Shown one piece after another: positions 8,842-19,099 of a stretch of 64,000 nt of DNA; the first letter of the stretch is position 1; every line of letters starts with the position of its first letter. Where the stretch lies: NCBI GenBank assembly GCA_963666285.1, contig OY762711.1; one strand, 5' to 3'. The DNA is from Sedimentisphaerales bacterium. GTDB lineage: Bacteria > Planctomycetota > Phycisphaerae > Sedimentisphaerales > SM23-30. The position numbers and the translations under genes were made by a program. The notes under the pieces were generated by a model. The model searched no databases. It had not been told where the DNA came from and saw nothing but the letters and a program-made list of their open reading frames with translations.

Positions 8842-10224
8842 TCAGCTGTCGAGTTTTCTCAGGCCGAGCCCATTTTCAGAAAGCTTTTCGTTTACTTCTG
8901 TAAGTGAGGTCATACCGAAGTTTTTGCAGCCAAGTAATTCAGCTTCAGTTCGGCTGGTAAGGTCAGCCAAAGATCCGATATTAAGTCTGTCAAGACATTT
9001 ACGGCTGCGTACTGACAGATTAAGTACATCGATACTCTGGTTAAGAATCTCATTGTCAACCTGATCGTTTTGAGCAGACAGGCTGTCACTTTTGATAGAT
9101 TTTGAGTTATCTTCAACCATCTGGCCGAGTCTGAGGTTTTTGCTGCCGAGGATCTGTTTGATTTCCAGCAGGCTGGTTTCGCCAAAGTTCTTGTAGGCGA
9201 GCAGTTCAGCTTCGGTAACGTTAAGTAAATCTCCGACAGTGCGGATATTCATCTTTCTCAGGCAATTTCTGCTGCGAACAGAAAGTTCGAAATCAGAGAT
9301 AGGGATTTCGAGAACCTTATTGCGTTTATCAACTCTGCGTTCACGATCTTCATCGTAGTACATATACATACTGGCTTCGATGTCTTTGGCAAACATCCTG
9401 GCACGGGCATGATTTGGCCATGAAGCCAGAACAGCCTTAACGCATTGATAAGCCTGTTCATACTTTCCTTTGTCTTCGTACAGAACTGCCAGGTTGAGCA
9501 GAGCATTAACAGAAGGAGCAGGTTTATCGATACATTTTTTATAATAATCAATAGCGACGTCTTCATCGGCATACAGATTGCAGATATACGCCAGCTGGAA
9601 GCATGCCTTGGTATGGTCCGGGTCTAGAGTGGTAGCTCTTTCCAGTTCGTTGATTGCTTCCTGGTGGTCGCCCTGTATATCAAGCAGTCTTCCGAGTTGA
9701 TAATGATATTCAGCCCTGATTTCGCCGATACGTGACGCACGTTTGAGCTTATCCATAGCTTCTTCGAATTTAGCGGCATGTCGAAGTGTACATACGATTT
9801 CCATTGACACGTAAAACTGGTCAGCCCCGGCTTTTTCAGCGATTTCAAAGGCTTCCAGAGCCTTGTCATACTGCTTCATGTTTCTAAGGGTCTGAGCCTT
9901 TAGCATCAGGCAATCCACATTCGGGCTGCTGATTTCACCGAGCCAGTCGATAACTTTATCATATTCGTTGATAATAGAATATCCTTGTGCTACCTTGAAA
10001 GCCTGGACAGCGTCATTTTTGAATTTTCCACCGTTTGAAATTACTTCAGCCGGGAAGAACTTTTTGAAGTCGTTAAAATTATATACATTAGCCATGATAT
10101 AATTTTTGAAGTTGTTAAATTCTTCGCCGGTAAACGGTTTGTCGGAACTGAACCAAGTCAAAAGATTAACTTCAGGTAATCCCTGGCTTGTATTGCTGCT
10201 TTCCGTTGTTGCTACTTCGGTCAT
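8842..10224 (-). CDS. TPR-repeat protein with two RNA polymerase alpha-CTD domains
   Basis: N-terminal TPRs; ELSVRSRNCL..KNFGETSL and NLSVRSRKCL..KNFGMTSL; no alpha-NTD. Confidence 0.9.
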   Translation of the reverse strand: MTEVATTESSNTSQGLPEVNLLTWFSSDKPFTGEEFNNFKNYIMANVYNFNDFKKFFPAEVISNGGKFKNDAVQAFKVAQGYSIINEYDKVIDWLGEISSPNVDCLMLKAQTLRNMKQYDKALEAFEIAEKAGADQFYVSMEIVCTLRHAAKFEEAMDKLKRASRIGEIRAEYHYQLGRLLDIQGDHQEAINELERATTLDPDHTKACFQLAYICNLYADEDVAIDYYKKCIDKPAPSVNALLNLAVLYEDKGKYEQAYQCVKAVLASWPNHARARMFAKDIEASMYMYYDEDRERRVDKRNKVLEIPISDFELSVRSRNCLRKMNIRTVGDLLNVTEAELLAYKNFGETSLLEIKQILGSKNLRLGQMVEDNSKSIKSDSLSAQNDQVDNEILNQSIDVLNLSVRSRKCLDRLNIGSLADLTSRTEAELLGCKNFGMTSLTEVNEKLSENGLGLRKLDS

Positions 10225-10357
10225 TTGATACTCCCAAAGAAAAAATATTATTTTGTGCCTGCCACCTGGTACATACAGCCAAATTCCTGGTACGCAGGTT
10301 GTTAATTATGTTTTATAAGCATACTTTCCAAATTTATAGAAAAATAGCAAGCTGGGC

Positions 10358-10386
10358 ATTATATAGTATAGAGGGCGTGTTGTCAA
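10358..10386 (-). promoter_or_regulatory. Consensus sigma70 promoter for TPR-alphaCTD gene
   Basis: Minus strand TTGACA-17 nt-TATAAT, perfect consensus. Confidence 0.8.
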
Positions 10387-10832
10387 GTGGGGCAGGGGGC
10401 CGGAAACCGGTGTGACAGGCCAAAATGTGATATTTTTGCACTAGTCAGGTTATAGGACTTTTTGCTGAAAAATTTCTTTTGGCAATTAATTAGTTTGTAC
10501 CATGACATAACCTGTTATATAATAACCCTATACTTTTTGTGTTGAGAATATTTCAGATTGCCGGCATATACCGTTTTTTTGCGAAAAACCCGGCATTCCG
10601 ATATGTGTTGAATTTATAGAATGTGGGATGAAAGTGATCGCTGCCTGAGGATATGGCCATAACGATTACAAATGGAGTTGTGAGTTTCCGTTAGTGATGG
10701 TCAGAGGCTGAACAACTAAATTACGAAGCGAGCTGTAATTGAGTTTGGATTAGGATTTGGTTGGCATTTCAGGGAGTAATTCTACAGTTAGAGTTTAAGG
10801 TGAAAAAAATATGCCGGACAATTTTGTCTATC

Positions 10833-10862
10833 TTGACAATAATGTGTTAATTTAGGTAAAAT
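10833..10862 (+). promoter_or_regulatory. Possible sigma70 promoter
   Basis: TTGACA-18 nt-TAAAAT. Confidence 0.45.
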
Positions 10863-11142
10863 ACGCAGTTTTTTTGAAATTTAACGATTTTTTTGCTAAA
10901 TATTTATTTCACAATTAAATTATGACGACTTATAATACTGGCGCTGTTAATGTTAGCTGGTTTGCAATGGATTGATATGCAGTATGTGACTGCAGTCGGC
11001 TTAAGAATAAGTGGAAATTTTTTTCCGCATAAATTTGCAGGCAAATGCAGAATTTTTGAGCAAGACCGGAAAGGTAAAGTTGCAAAAGTTATTAAGGCAT
11101 TAATGGCCGATAAATTTGATTCTCTTTTCTCCTCCTTTGCTT

Positions 11143-11188
11143 GGTGAGGCAGGGCAACCCCTCCTGTTCTGCTTCACCGCTTTTTTTT
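11143..11188 (+). terminator. Intrinsic terminator with no credible upstream CDS
   Basis: GGTGAGGCAGGGCA/TGTTCTGCTTCACC stem followed by T8. Confidence 0.7.
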
Positions 11189-11515
11189 CTGATTACCTTC
11201 ACCGCTTATAATTTGATTTGATATGGCGAACTTGTAAGGTTTGTGTGGATTATAGGGTAATTTTTTTAATGATATATAGGGGTTAATGACTATTTTTAAA
11301 TATTTATCGCTCCTGAATGATAATTTAATATTATATTATTAATCTAAGAGATAATATATACGAGCGGCAAGTAATTGCTTTTTGGAGAAGTTGAAACCGG
11401 GCAATTGGCTTAATGCTTATATTAAAAGTTCTTATGACAATTTAAAAGAAGTGATAGAAGCTGAAAAAGGTCCGCCCAGAGCGGCGGAGATTTGGCAAAA
11501 AAAAAAGATTTCAAG

Positions 11516-11544
11516 TTGACTAGAAGGCTTATAATTGCTATATT
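11516..11544 (+). promoter_or_regulatory. sigma70 promoter upstream of dockerin/PEP-CTERM cassette
   Basis: TTGACT-17 nt-TATATT with extended TG; second extended -10 TGCTATAAT at 11719-11727. Confidence 0.55.
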
Positions 11545-12126
11545 GAATAAGTCAGAAGAAGAGATTTTTTAGTTCTTGTAAAGAAATCTCCAGGTTTTTT
11601 TAGTCTATTTAATTTTGATTTTCTGTAAATCACTTATATATGTTCTTTTACAAATGAATAGAGAAAATGGCATTTTTCTTTTAAGTACGTGATTTTTTTT
11701 GGTCGATTATACCAAAAATGCTATAATATATGTATGGCATAGAGGCATAATTGTCAGGATGAAGATCTGCTTAAAGGCTTTGAAAGGTTTTCAAAGAAGT
11801 GGACTTTGTTAGAAAAGGTTTCAAGCCTTCGTGTGAGGAAGGTTCAAAAAAGTAGGAAAAGGCATATACACATAGTAAATAAAGCCTGATTATGCGGTTA
11901 GCAGTTCTGTTTGTTCGCAGTAAAAAGCTTAAACCGCTCAGGAAGTAAATGTATAATATTATGTAAAATTCTCTCGGAGGAAGGGAGGAGGTAAATGCCC
12001 GGCAAAAAATGAAACGATTTTCTGTATATCTGGCCCGATCTGGTCTTGAGGCGACTGTATCCGCGGTGGATAACAGTAAATTGTTTATTATTTTATTTTA
12101 ATCTGTTCACTTAGGAGTATTTTAAG

Positions 12127-12834
12127 ATGAGAAATTTAATTGCTATTTTGGCTGTATTGGCTATGGGCGTAAGTGCTATGGCAGATGTAACTTGGGTAGA
12201 AGATAATACTACTGCAAAAACATCTGTAATGACATGGACATCATCAGAACCTCTGGCAGGTATGGCACTGGAACTGGCTGTTGCTGATGGTACAAGTTTG
12301 ACATCGGTTGCTATGACTGGTTTCAATGTATTTATCGACCAGGCTTACAGCACACCAGGTTTCACAACTCTGGAATCTGTTAACACAAATCCTGCAGCTA
12401 ATGCTGACGCTCCAGGCGCTATCACAGATCTGACAGGCACTTTCGCAGTTTGCGGCGGCAGCCTGACTGAAGATCACGCCGGTGTTTCTACCGGTACTAT
12501 CGTTCTGACAGCAGATGTTAGCACTACAGTTGATATCACTGCTGACGAAACACGTGGTGGTGCTGTTGCTATGGGTGGCGCTGCTGTTGCAGTAACTCCA
12601 GTTACAGCTACAATTACAGCTGGTCCGACATGTTGGAGTTATGAATACTTCACAAGCGGTGACGCTGATGGTGATGGCGATGTTGACACTGATGACTGGC
12701 CAATCTTCCGTGATGCATTTGGTACAGCTGAAGGTGATGCTGCTTATAATCCATGTGCTGACTTTGATAAAGATGGTGATGTTGACACTGATGACTGGCC
12801 AACATTCCGTGATAACTTTGGTAAGACTTTCTAA
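12127..12834 (+). CDS. Secreted protein with C-terminal dockerin-like domain (copy A)
   Basis: Signal peptide; beta-rich domain; two Ca-binding repeats DADGDGDVDTDDW and DFDKDGDVDTDDW. Confidence 0.85.
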   Translation: MRNLIAILAVLAMGVSAMADVTWVEDNTTAKTSVMTWTSSEPLAGMALELAVADGTSLTSVAMTGFNVFIDQAYSTPGFTTLESVNTNPAANADAPGAITDLTGTFAVCGGSLTEDHAGVSTGTIVLTADVSTTVDITADETRGGAVAMGGAAVAVTPVTATITAGPTCWSYEYFTSGDADGDGDVDTDDWPIFRDAFGTAEGDAAYNPCADFDKDGDVDTDDWPTFRDNFGKTF

Positions 12835-12926
12835 TTTTTGTTAATTAGTAGTTGTTAAATTTTGTAAATTTGTAAATCAATTTAATTAAGACGTTTTATT
12901 TAACTTAATTTCTAAGGAGAAATGTT

Positions 12927-13544
12927 ATGAAGAAGTTTTTTGCTTTTGTTTTGGTTATGGCTATGTCTACAGTAGTATTTGCTAGTGCAGCAAATCCAGT
13001 AGTAAGCCTTGTAATTCCTGGTGAAACAGCAGTTGATGGTATTTACACATTGCCTGCAGGCGTGTATGACGTTGAATTGGTAGTAGGAAGAAATGCTTAT
13101 ATGTATGGCGAAACTCCTTATCCAGCATTCGATGGATACCAGGTATCAAGTATTGCTGCTAGCATGGAAACAACCAACTGTTCTCTTCAGATTACTGATG
13201 ATGGCCTTCCATTCACAACAGACGTTATCATGTATGGTGATGGAGTAGCACCTGGTGCTAATAACAGCTTAAGCCTGATTCAGGCAGTATCTCTGTCTGA
13301 TATGGGTCCAGATTTCGTTATCGCTTACAACTTCCAGGTTGTATACGATGGCGTTGGAACAGCAGTAGTTGATCTGGGTCTTGTTGGTACATCACAATAT
13401 CGTGCTGCTGCTGCTAGCACAGGTGCTGGTTACGAAGGCATGATTGAAGCAAGTCTGGGCGACTTGGTAATCGTTCCAGAGCCAATGACAATGTCTCTGC
13501 TGGGTCTTGGCGGCCTGGTAGCAGTTCGTCGTCGTCGTGCTTAA
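12927..13544 (+). CDS. PEP-CTERM sorting-domain protein (copy A)
   Basis: Signal peptide; C-terminal VPEPMTMSLLGLGGLVAVRRRRA. Confidence 0.92.
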   Translation: MKKFFAFVLVMAMSTVVFASAANPVVSLVIPGETAVDGIYTLPAGVYDVELVVGRNAYMYGETPYPAFDGYQVSSIAASMETTNCSLQITDDGLPFTTDVIMYGDGVAPGANNSLSLIQAVSLSDMGPDFVIAYNFQVVYDGVGTAVVDLGLVGTSQYRAAAASTGAGYEGMIEASLGDLVIVPEPMTMSLLGLGGLVAVRRRRA

Positions 13545-13605
13545 TTTAAGCTGACAAATGATGGCTATAGCCAAAAGTATCTTATAGATACTTAAAAAAA
13601 CAATT

Positions 13606-13642
13606 AACGGCGTGGTTCGTAGTATGATCCACGCCGTTTTTT
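13606..13642 (+). terminator. Intrinsic terminator
   Basis: AACGGCGTGG/CCACGCCGTT stem plus T-run. Confidence 0.8.
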
Positions 13643-13896
13643 ATTTTAAAATATGATATGGTCCATAACTGTCTAATTGCCTTACGGCGTGTTTGCGTGA
13701 TCTGTGGACATAATATTAACTGGAATTGTGTTGTTATTAGGTTGCTGATTTGGTAAATTAAATATTGAGTGACGGCTGTGCAGCCAAAAAAAGTGTAAAG
13801 ATTGTGTAGTCGCTGTCGCTCGCGTTATCAATTTGGTTTCAACATAATATAAATTGTTTGTTTAATTTGAGTTTCTTTTCTATAAGGAGTGTTAGA

Positions 13897-14604
13897 ATGG
13901 GTAAAATGCTGATTTCTCTATTTGTATTGGCTATGAGTGTATGTGCGTTTGCGGATGTTACCTGGTCTGAGGATAATAGTACTGCAGGTACTTCAATTAT
14001 AACCTGGACATCTTCTGAGCCGCTGGCCGGCCTGGCACTGGAACTGACAGTTATGAGTGGCGAATTGGATTCTGTTGAAATGACCGGTTTTAATGTATAT
14101 ATTGATCAGGCTTACAGTACACCGGGATTTACAAATCTTGAAGAAGTAAACACCAACCCGGCAGCTAATGCTGATGCACCGGGAGATATAACTGATCTGA
14201 CTGGCAAATTCACGATATGCGGCGGCAGCCTGACAGAAGACCATGCCGGTGTTTCAACTGGGACAATTACTTTGACAGCTTCAGTTGAAATAACAGTTGA
14301 TATTGTTGCTGACGAAACTCGTGGTGGGGCAGTTTCTATTGGAGGTGAATCTGTAGATGTAATTCCGGTTACAGCTACAATAGCTGTTATTTTGGAATCT
14401 TGCTGGAATTATCCATACTTCACAAATGGTGATGCAGATGGTGATGGCGATGTTGACACAGATGACTGGCCGATCTTCCGTGACGCATTTGGTACAGCGG
14501 AAGGAGATGCTGCTTACAGTCCATGTGCTGATTTCGACAAAGATGGTGATGTTGACACGGATGACTGGCCAACATTCCGTGATAACTTTGGTAAAAGTTT
14601 CTAA
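13897..14604 (+). CDS. Secreted protein with C-terminal dockerin-like domain (copy B)
   Basis: Paralog of 12127-12834; AAGGAG RBS before ATG 13897. Confidence 0.85.
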   Translation: MGKMLISLFVLAMSVCAFADVTWSEDNSTAGTSIITWTSSEPLAGLALELTVMSGELDSVEMTGFNVYIDQAYSTPGFTNLEEVNTNPAANADAPGDITDLTGKFTICGGSLTEDHAGVSTGTITLTASVEITVDIVADETRGGAVSIGGESVDVIPVTATIAVILESCWNYPYFTNGDADGDGDVDTDDWPIFRDAFGTAEGDAAYSPCADFDKDGDVDTDDWPTFRDNFGKSF

Positions 14605-14647
14605 TTAACGACTTATTATATTATTGATTTTTAAGGAGATTATGGTT

Positions 14648-15274
14648 ATGAAGAATTTTTTTGCTTTTGTTTTTGTTATGACTATGTCTACAATAGCATT
14701 TGCTCATGCAGCATATCCAGTTGTAAGTCTTGAAATTACAGGTGAAACAGCTGAAGCCGATGGGTGGTATTATTTTGGAGCGGGTGTTTATGATCTTGAA
14801 CTTGTAGTAGGCAGAAATTCATATGTGTATGGCGAAACTCCTTATCCGGCATTTGATGGATATCAGGTATCAAGTCTTGCTATAAATATTACAACATCTA
14901 ACTGCTATCTTCAGGTGACAGATGATGGTTTGGATTTTACCGAAGATGTTATCAAATATGGTGCAGGTGTTACTGCCGGTGTTAATAATAGTTTGGAATT
15001 GATTCAGGCGGTATCTCTATCGGATATGGGGCCAGGCTTTGTTATAGCTTATAATTTCCAGCTTGTATGGGATGGTATTGGGCTGCCTCTTGTAGATATG
15101 AGTCTTGCCGGCCTTTCTGAATATCGTGAATATTCTAAAGGTACGGGTGCTGAATATATTGCTATGACAGAAGACTGCCTTGGTGACTTGATAGTCATAC
15201 CTGAGCCAATGACCATGTTTATGCTGGGCTTTGGCGGGTTGTTAGCATTACGTCGGCGACGACAGTATAAATAA
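14648..15274 (+). CDS. PEP-CTERM sorting-domain protein (copy B)
   Basis: Paralog of 12927-13544; IPEPMTMFMLGFGGLLALRRRRQYK. Confidence 0.92.
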   Translation: MKNFFAFVFVMTMSTIAFAHAAYPVVSLEITGETAEADGWYYFGAGVYDLELVVGRNSYVYGETPYPAFDGYQVSSLAINITTSNCYLQVTDDGLDFTEDVIKYGAGVTAGVNNSLELIQAVSLSDMGPGFVIAYNFQLVWDGIGLPLVDMSLAGLSEYREYSKGTGAEYIAMTEDCLGDLIVIPEPMTMFMLGFGGLLALRRRRQYK

Positions 15275-15329
15275 GCGTGAATTTCACTCATTTTAGATTA
15301 AATATTTACATATGGAATTAATATCGAGC

Positions 15330-15364
15330 GACGCAGGTTTTCGAGAGATCTGCGTCATTTTTTT
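15330..15364 (+). terminator. Intrinsic terminator
   Basis: GACGCAG/CTGCGTC stem plus T-run. Confidence 0.7.
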
Positions 15365-15661
15365 ATTAATTGTGACTTAGAGATATTTTTTAGTCTAAAT
15401 GATTGTAATTCCAGTATTTGTATCGATATTTCTGGTATTGTTTACAGCTGGTAGCAAAATTTGCCGATAAGATAATGTTAATAAAGAAATAGAAATTCTT
15501 TAGTTGACAACGAGGTAAAAATAGGTTAATTACATATATAATAAAGATTTAGAGCTATGGACGGCTTTGGTTTTTCATTTATAATTAAAGTAAATAATTG
15601 AATTATCCTGTGCGCTTTGCCGGGAAATTGTTAAAATGATATTTAATTAAGGAGTATAAAT

Positions 15662-15850
15662 ATGAAAAAGGCTGCAATTTTATTATGTGTTTTAGCGTTG
15701 ACTATGACAGGTTGTCAAAATACAGAACTGGAAAAATGTCGTGCGGAAAATGCAAAACTAAAAGAAGAAAATGCAAAACTAAGTTACCGACTTGACGAAT
15801 ATATTAAATTATCTAATATAATGATGGAAGAAATAGATGAAAAAGAGTAG
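15662..15850 (+). CDS. Small coiled-coil lipoprotein
   Basis: AAGGAG RBS; lipobox-like MTGC; repeated ENAKL heptads. Confidence 0.7.
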   Translation: MKKAAILLCVLALTMTGCQNTELEKCRAENAKLKEENAKLSYRLDEYIKLSNIMMEEIDEKE

Positions 15851-15925
15851 GTTATAGTTTGTATTTTTTATGAGTAGAAATGATATATTAATAAGTACTT
15901 AAATATTACATAGTTGGAGATTATT

Positions 15926-17449
15926 ATGAAAAAAATATTATTTTTAATTCTATTGTCTGCGTCTACAATTTTTGCAGGTATGAAACTTGACTATTCAAGT
16001 GAGAGCAGGGAATTGTCTATTAACATAGAAGAAGGAGATTCGATAATAAGCTTTATTGTTTCTGTTCGCATTTCTGATGGCGAGGGTGAATTGGGGCAGG
16101 CTGTTAGTTTTGCAGATAGCGATTGGCAAATACCTGTAGGTGCTGTTGATGGGGAAGAAGACAGATACCGAGGCCTGGGAGAAACACTGTTTGGCAATAC
16201 AGCAATTGCTGGTCCAGAAGAAATAATTGGTGGTATTCCTGTAACATTTTTAACTTCAAGCATGACTGTTGAATTAGTAAGTCATGGAGTTACAATCAAT
16301 GACACAACAATAGAAGATGAAGTTGTACTTGATACATTACAGTTTGATGCACCGGGAGATATTGTAACTCTTGATCTGTCTGTGAACAGCAAAAGTGAAG
16401 GCATGGGAACAGTTGCATATACCGGTGATCTTTACAAAGGTGAGGTAATAACAGTAACAGCAACGCCTGCCAGCGGTTATCGAGTAAAAAGCTGGAAGGG
16501 TACCGATTCTAAAGATCCGGTCAAAGTTCAGACTGTAACTTTGAAAAAGAGTAAACATAAGGTAAGTGTCCAATTTGAAGATATTCCAGACCAGGAAGTC
16601 TCCAAGGCTACTTTTAAGGCCGGTAAAGTTCGCGGCGGCAGCGATGACAGCTTTATAATCCAGGGTATCCTTGGTGCCGGTGCCAGTACGGTTCCGGAGT
16701 TAGAAGGCAGTATAAGTGTTGAGATCAAGTCTGAAGAGGGAACAGTATTATTTACCCAGACTTTGGATTATGCTGATATGGATGTAAAATGGCCAAAGAG
16801 TTTGTCTTATGTCAACAAAGAAGCAGGAAATGGTGAGCTTGAACTGTTCAAGTATGATATTTTGAAGGGTAAGTTCCAGATGAAGGCCTCTGATCAGGAC
16901 CTGACCGGCTGGTCGGCTCCTATGACTCTGACTATCAGTGTTGGCGATGGCAACGGCTATCAGGCGATCATATTAATGAATGACAGCGGTGATGCCGATG
17001 TTGTCAACGGCAAAAAATATATGCCTACCCTGTTCCTGATTGGACAGGAAAAAAGCCTGATTGTTGATAAGGAAAAGGTCAAAGAAAATAAAGATGCTAC
17101 TCAAACCGGTAAGATTTCCGGCAGGTTCAGTACATCTTATGATCCGGCGGAACATACCCTGACTTCTGCAGAAATCCTTTTCAACTATAATGAAAATAAT
17201 AAAACAGCAGATTATGACCAGAAGCTTATCCTTACAATGGCCGGTAATGGAGAAAAATATTCATTCAAGCGGTCTAAGGATGCAGACACTGCTGTTGACC
17301 TGATAGATAAGGCTACCTTTGATTTTAAGAAAGCCACCTTTGAGATATCCTTCAAGAATGCTACATTTGATATTGCTGAAGATATCTTATCTATCCATTT
17401 CGGCTGGGATGAAACTGAGGAAGAATTGAATAGCTCAGTCTTAGATTAA
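15926..17449 (+). CDS. Secreted surface protein (InlB B-repeat-like module plus C-terminal region shared with 19412-23233)
   Basis: Signal peptide; VTATPASGYRVKSW.GTD repeat motif; C-terminal ~360 aa homologous to the adhesin C-terminus. Confidence 0.75.
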   Translation: MKKILFLILLSASTIFAGMKLDYSSESRELSINIEEGDSIISFIVSVRISDGEGELGQAVSFADSDWQIPVGAVDGEEDRYRGLGETLFGNTAIAGPEEIIGGIPVTFLTSSMTVELVSHGVTINDTTIEDEVVLDTLQFDAPGDIVTLDLSVNSKSEGMGTVAYTGDLYKGEVITVTATPASGYRVKSWKGTDSKDPVKVQTVTLKKSKHKVSVQFEDIPDQEVSKATFKAGKVRGGSDDSFIIQGILGAGASTVPELEGSISVEIKSEEGTVLFTQTLDYADMDVKWPKSLSYVNKEAGNGELELFKYDILKGKFQMKASDQDLTGWSAPMTLTISVGDGNGYQAIILMNDSGDADVVNGKKYMPTLFLIGQEKSLIVDKEKVKENKDATQTGKISGRFSTSYDPAEHTLTSAEILFNYNENNKTADYDQKLILTMAGNGEKYSFKRSKDADTAVDLIDKATFDFKKATFEISFKNATFDIAEDILSIHFGWDETEEELNSSVLD

Positions 17450-17471
17450 ATATTACATAAATATACTTGAT

Positions 17472-17508
17472 AAAAAAGCATTCTGTTTTTGGCAGAGTGC
17501 TTTTTTTT
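17472..17508 (+). terminator. Intrinsic terminator
   Basis: AAAAAAGCATTCTG/CAGAGTGCTTTTTTTT. Confidence 0.8.
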
Positions 17509-17575
17509 ATTCACAAATATAATTGATAATGAGATTACAATTGCAGATAGTTTATAATAAATCTAATAATAAATA

Positions 17576-19099
17576 GTCGTCCCTGAAAAAGTCATAAATT
17601 GTCTATAAAAGTATGTATTTGTAGTAGTTTATGGTTTATTTGCTTTGATATTTTAAATACAATATTGCAAGTATTTGAGTCAAAAGCCATTAAAACCTTG
17701 CAAAATTGGACCGTAAAATGACACCATCTAAGCCAGATAATGCTCCACAGTTATTTCAATCATCATTTGAAGCAATCCTTAATCCAGATCATCCGATATA
17801 CAAGCTTGCTGATTCTATAGACTGGGATTCTCTAGATGAACAACTGACAGAATGCTATCACAAAGACATGGGAAGGCCAGGCAATGCAACCCGTCTCATG
17901 GTAGGTCTTCATTATCTCAAACATGCATTTGATGAATCAGATGAAAGTGTTATAGCTCGCTGGATAGAGAATCCATACTGGCAATATTTTTGCGGATACA
18001 AATACATGCAGCATGAGTTTCCCATTCACCCGACCAGTATGACAAAATGGCGTAACCGTGTTGGTTCCAAACGAATGGAAGTATTACTAAAAGAGACTAT
18101 CAATACCGCTAAGCGAGAGAAATACTTAAAGCCGAAAGAGATCAAGATGGTTATTGTAGACACAACTGTACAGGAAAAAGCAATAGCATATCCTACAGAT
18201 GCCAGGTTGTGCCATAAGGCTATCCAACGGCTGGTAAAAATAAGTAAGAAGTTTAATATAAATCTCCGCCAAAGCTATGTTCGAGTCTCTAAGAAAGCCT
18301 TTTTCAAGCAAGGTCAATATGCTCGAGCTAATCAATTCAAGCGAGCTGGAAAAGAAGCCAAAAAGCTTAAAACCTATCTTGGCAGGATTATTCGCGACAT
18401 TCGCCGCAAAGTTGACAGTATCCCTGAATCATTGGAGATTATGCTTAGCAGAGCGGAACGTATTCATTGTCAGAAGCGAAAAGACAGCAATAAGCTTTAT
18501 AGCCTGGATGCTCCGGAAGTTGAATGTATCGGCAAAGGCAAGGCTCACAAGAAATATGAATTTGGCTGTAAGGTAAGTGTTTGCCTTACCCATGCCAGTA
18601 ATTGGATATTGAGTTGTGATGCTTTACATGGCAATCCTTATGATGGTCATACCCTTGAAGGCACATTGGAAAAGGCAACAGGTTTAGCTGAAGAATCAAT
18701 AAAGGAGGTCTTTGTTGATAACGGCTATAAAGGACATGGCTGTGAAAATGATTCTGTGGTTTATATTCAGGGGCAAAAACGAAAGTCGCTTACCAGAGCG
18801 ATCAAAAAGAAGCTTAAACGGCGAAGTGCTATTGAACCTTCAATTGGTCATCTGAAAGAAGATAACAGAATGAAGCGAAACTATCTCAAAGGTACAGAAG
18901 GTGATAAACTCAACGCTATCTTTGCGGCCGCAGGCTATAATTTACGCAAATTGCTCAAGGCATTTTGCCATGCGCTGGCTGAATTGGTGCTTAGATTAGA
19001 AAAATGGCTGACATTATATAAAAATATCCAGCCGAAATACAATCTAACTCCGGCTGGATAATCATATTTTACTCAAAAATCGATTTTATCAGGGACGAC
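17576..19099 (+). mobile_element. Insertion sequence, IS5 family
   Basis: IRs GTCGTCCCTGA(A/T)AAA.TC; flanked by TAAATA direct repeat at 17570-17575 and 19100-19105. Confidence 0.9.
17718..19061 (+). CDS. IS5-family transposase
   Basis: ENPYWQYFCG, IVDTTVQEK, KYEFGCK, VDNGYKG, RRSAIEPSIGHLK; alternative TTG start 17706. Confidence 0.93.
   Translation: MTPSKPDNAPQLFQSSFEAILNPDHPIYKLADSIDWDSLDEQLTECYHKDMGRPGNATRLMVGLHYLKHAFDESDESVIARWIENPYWQYFCGYKYMQHEFPIHPTSMTKWRNRVGSKRMEVLLKETINTAKREKYLKPKEIKMVIVDTTVQEKAIAYPTDARLCHKAIQRLVKISKKFNINLRQSYVRVSKKAFFKQGQYARANQFKRAGKEAKKLKTYLGRIIRDIRRKVDSIPESLEIMLSRAERIHCQKRKDSNKLYSLDAPEVECIGKGKAHKKYEFGCKVSVCLTHASNWILSCDALHGNPYDGHTLEGTLEKATGLAEESIKEVFVDNGYKGHGCENDSVVYIQGQKRKSLTRAIKKKLKRRSAIEPSIGHLKEDNRMKRNYLKGTEGDKLNAIFAAAGYNLRKLLKAFCHALAELVLRLEKWLTLYKNIQPKYNLTPAG

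Noticed and set aside
8842..10224. rpoA
   Set aside because: Lacks the alpha N-terminal domain and ribosomal operon context.
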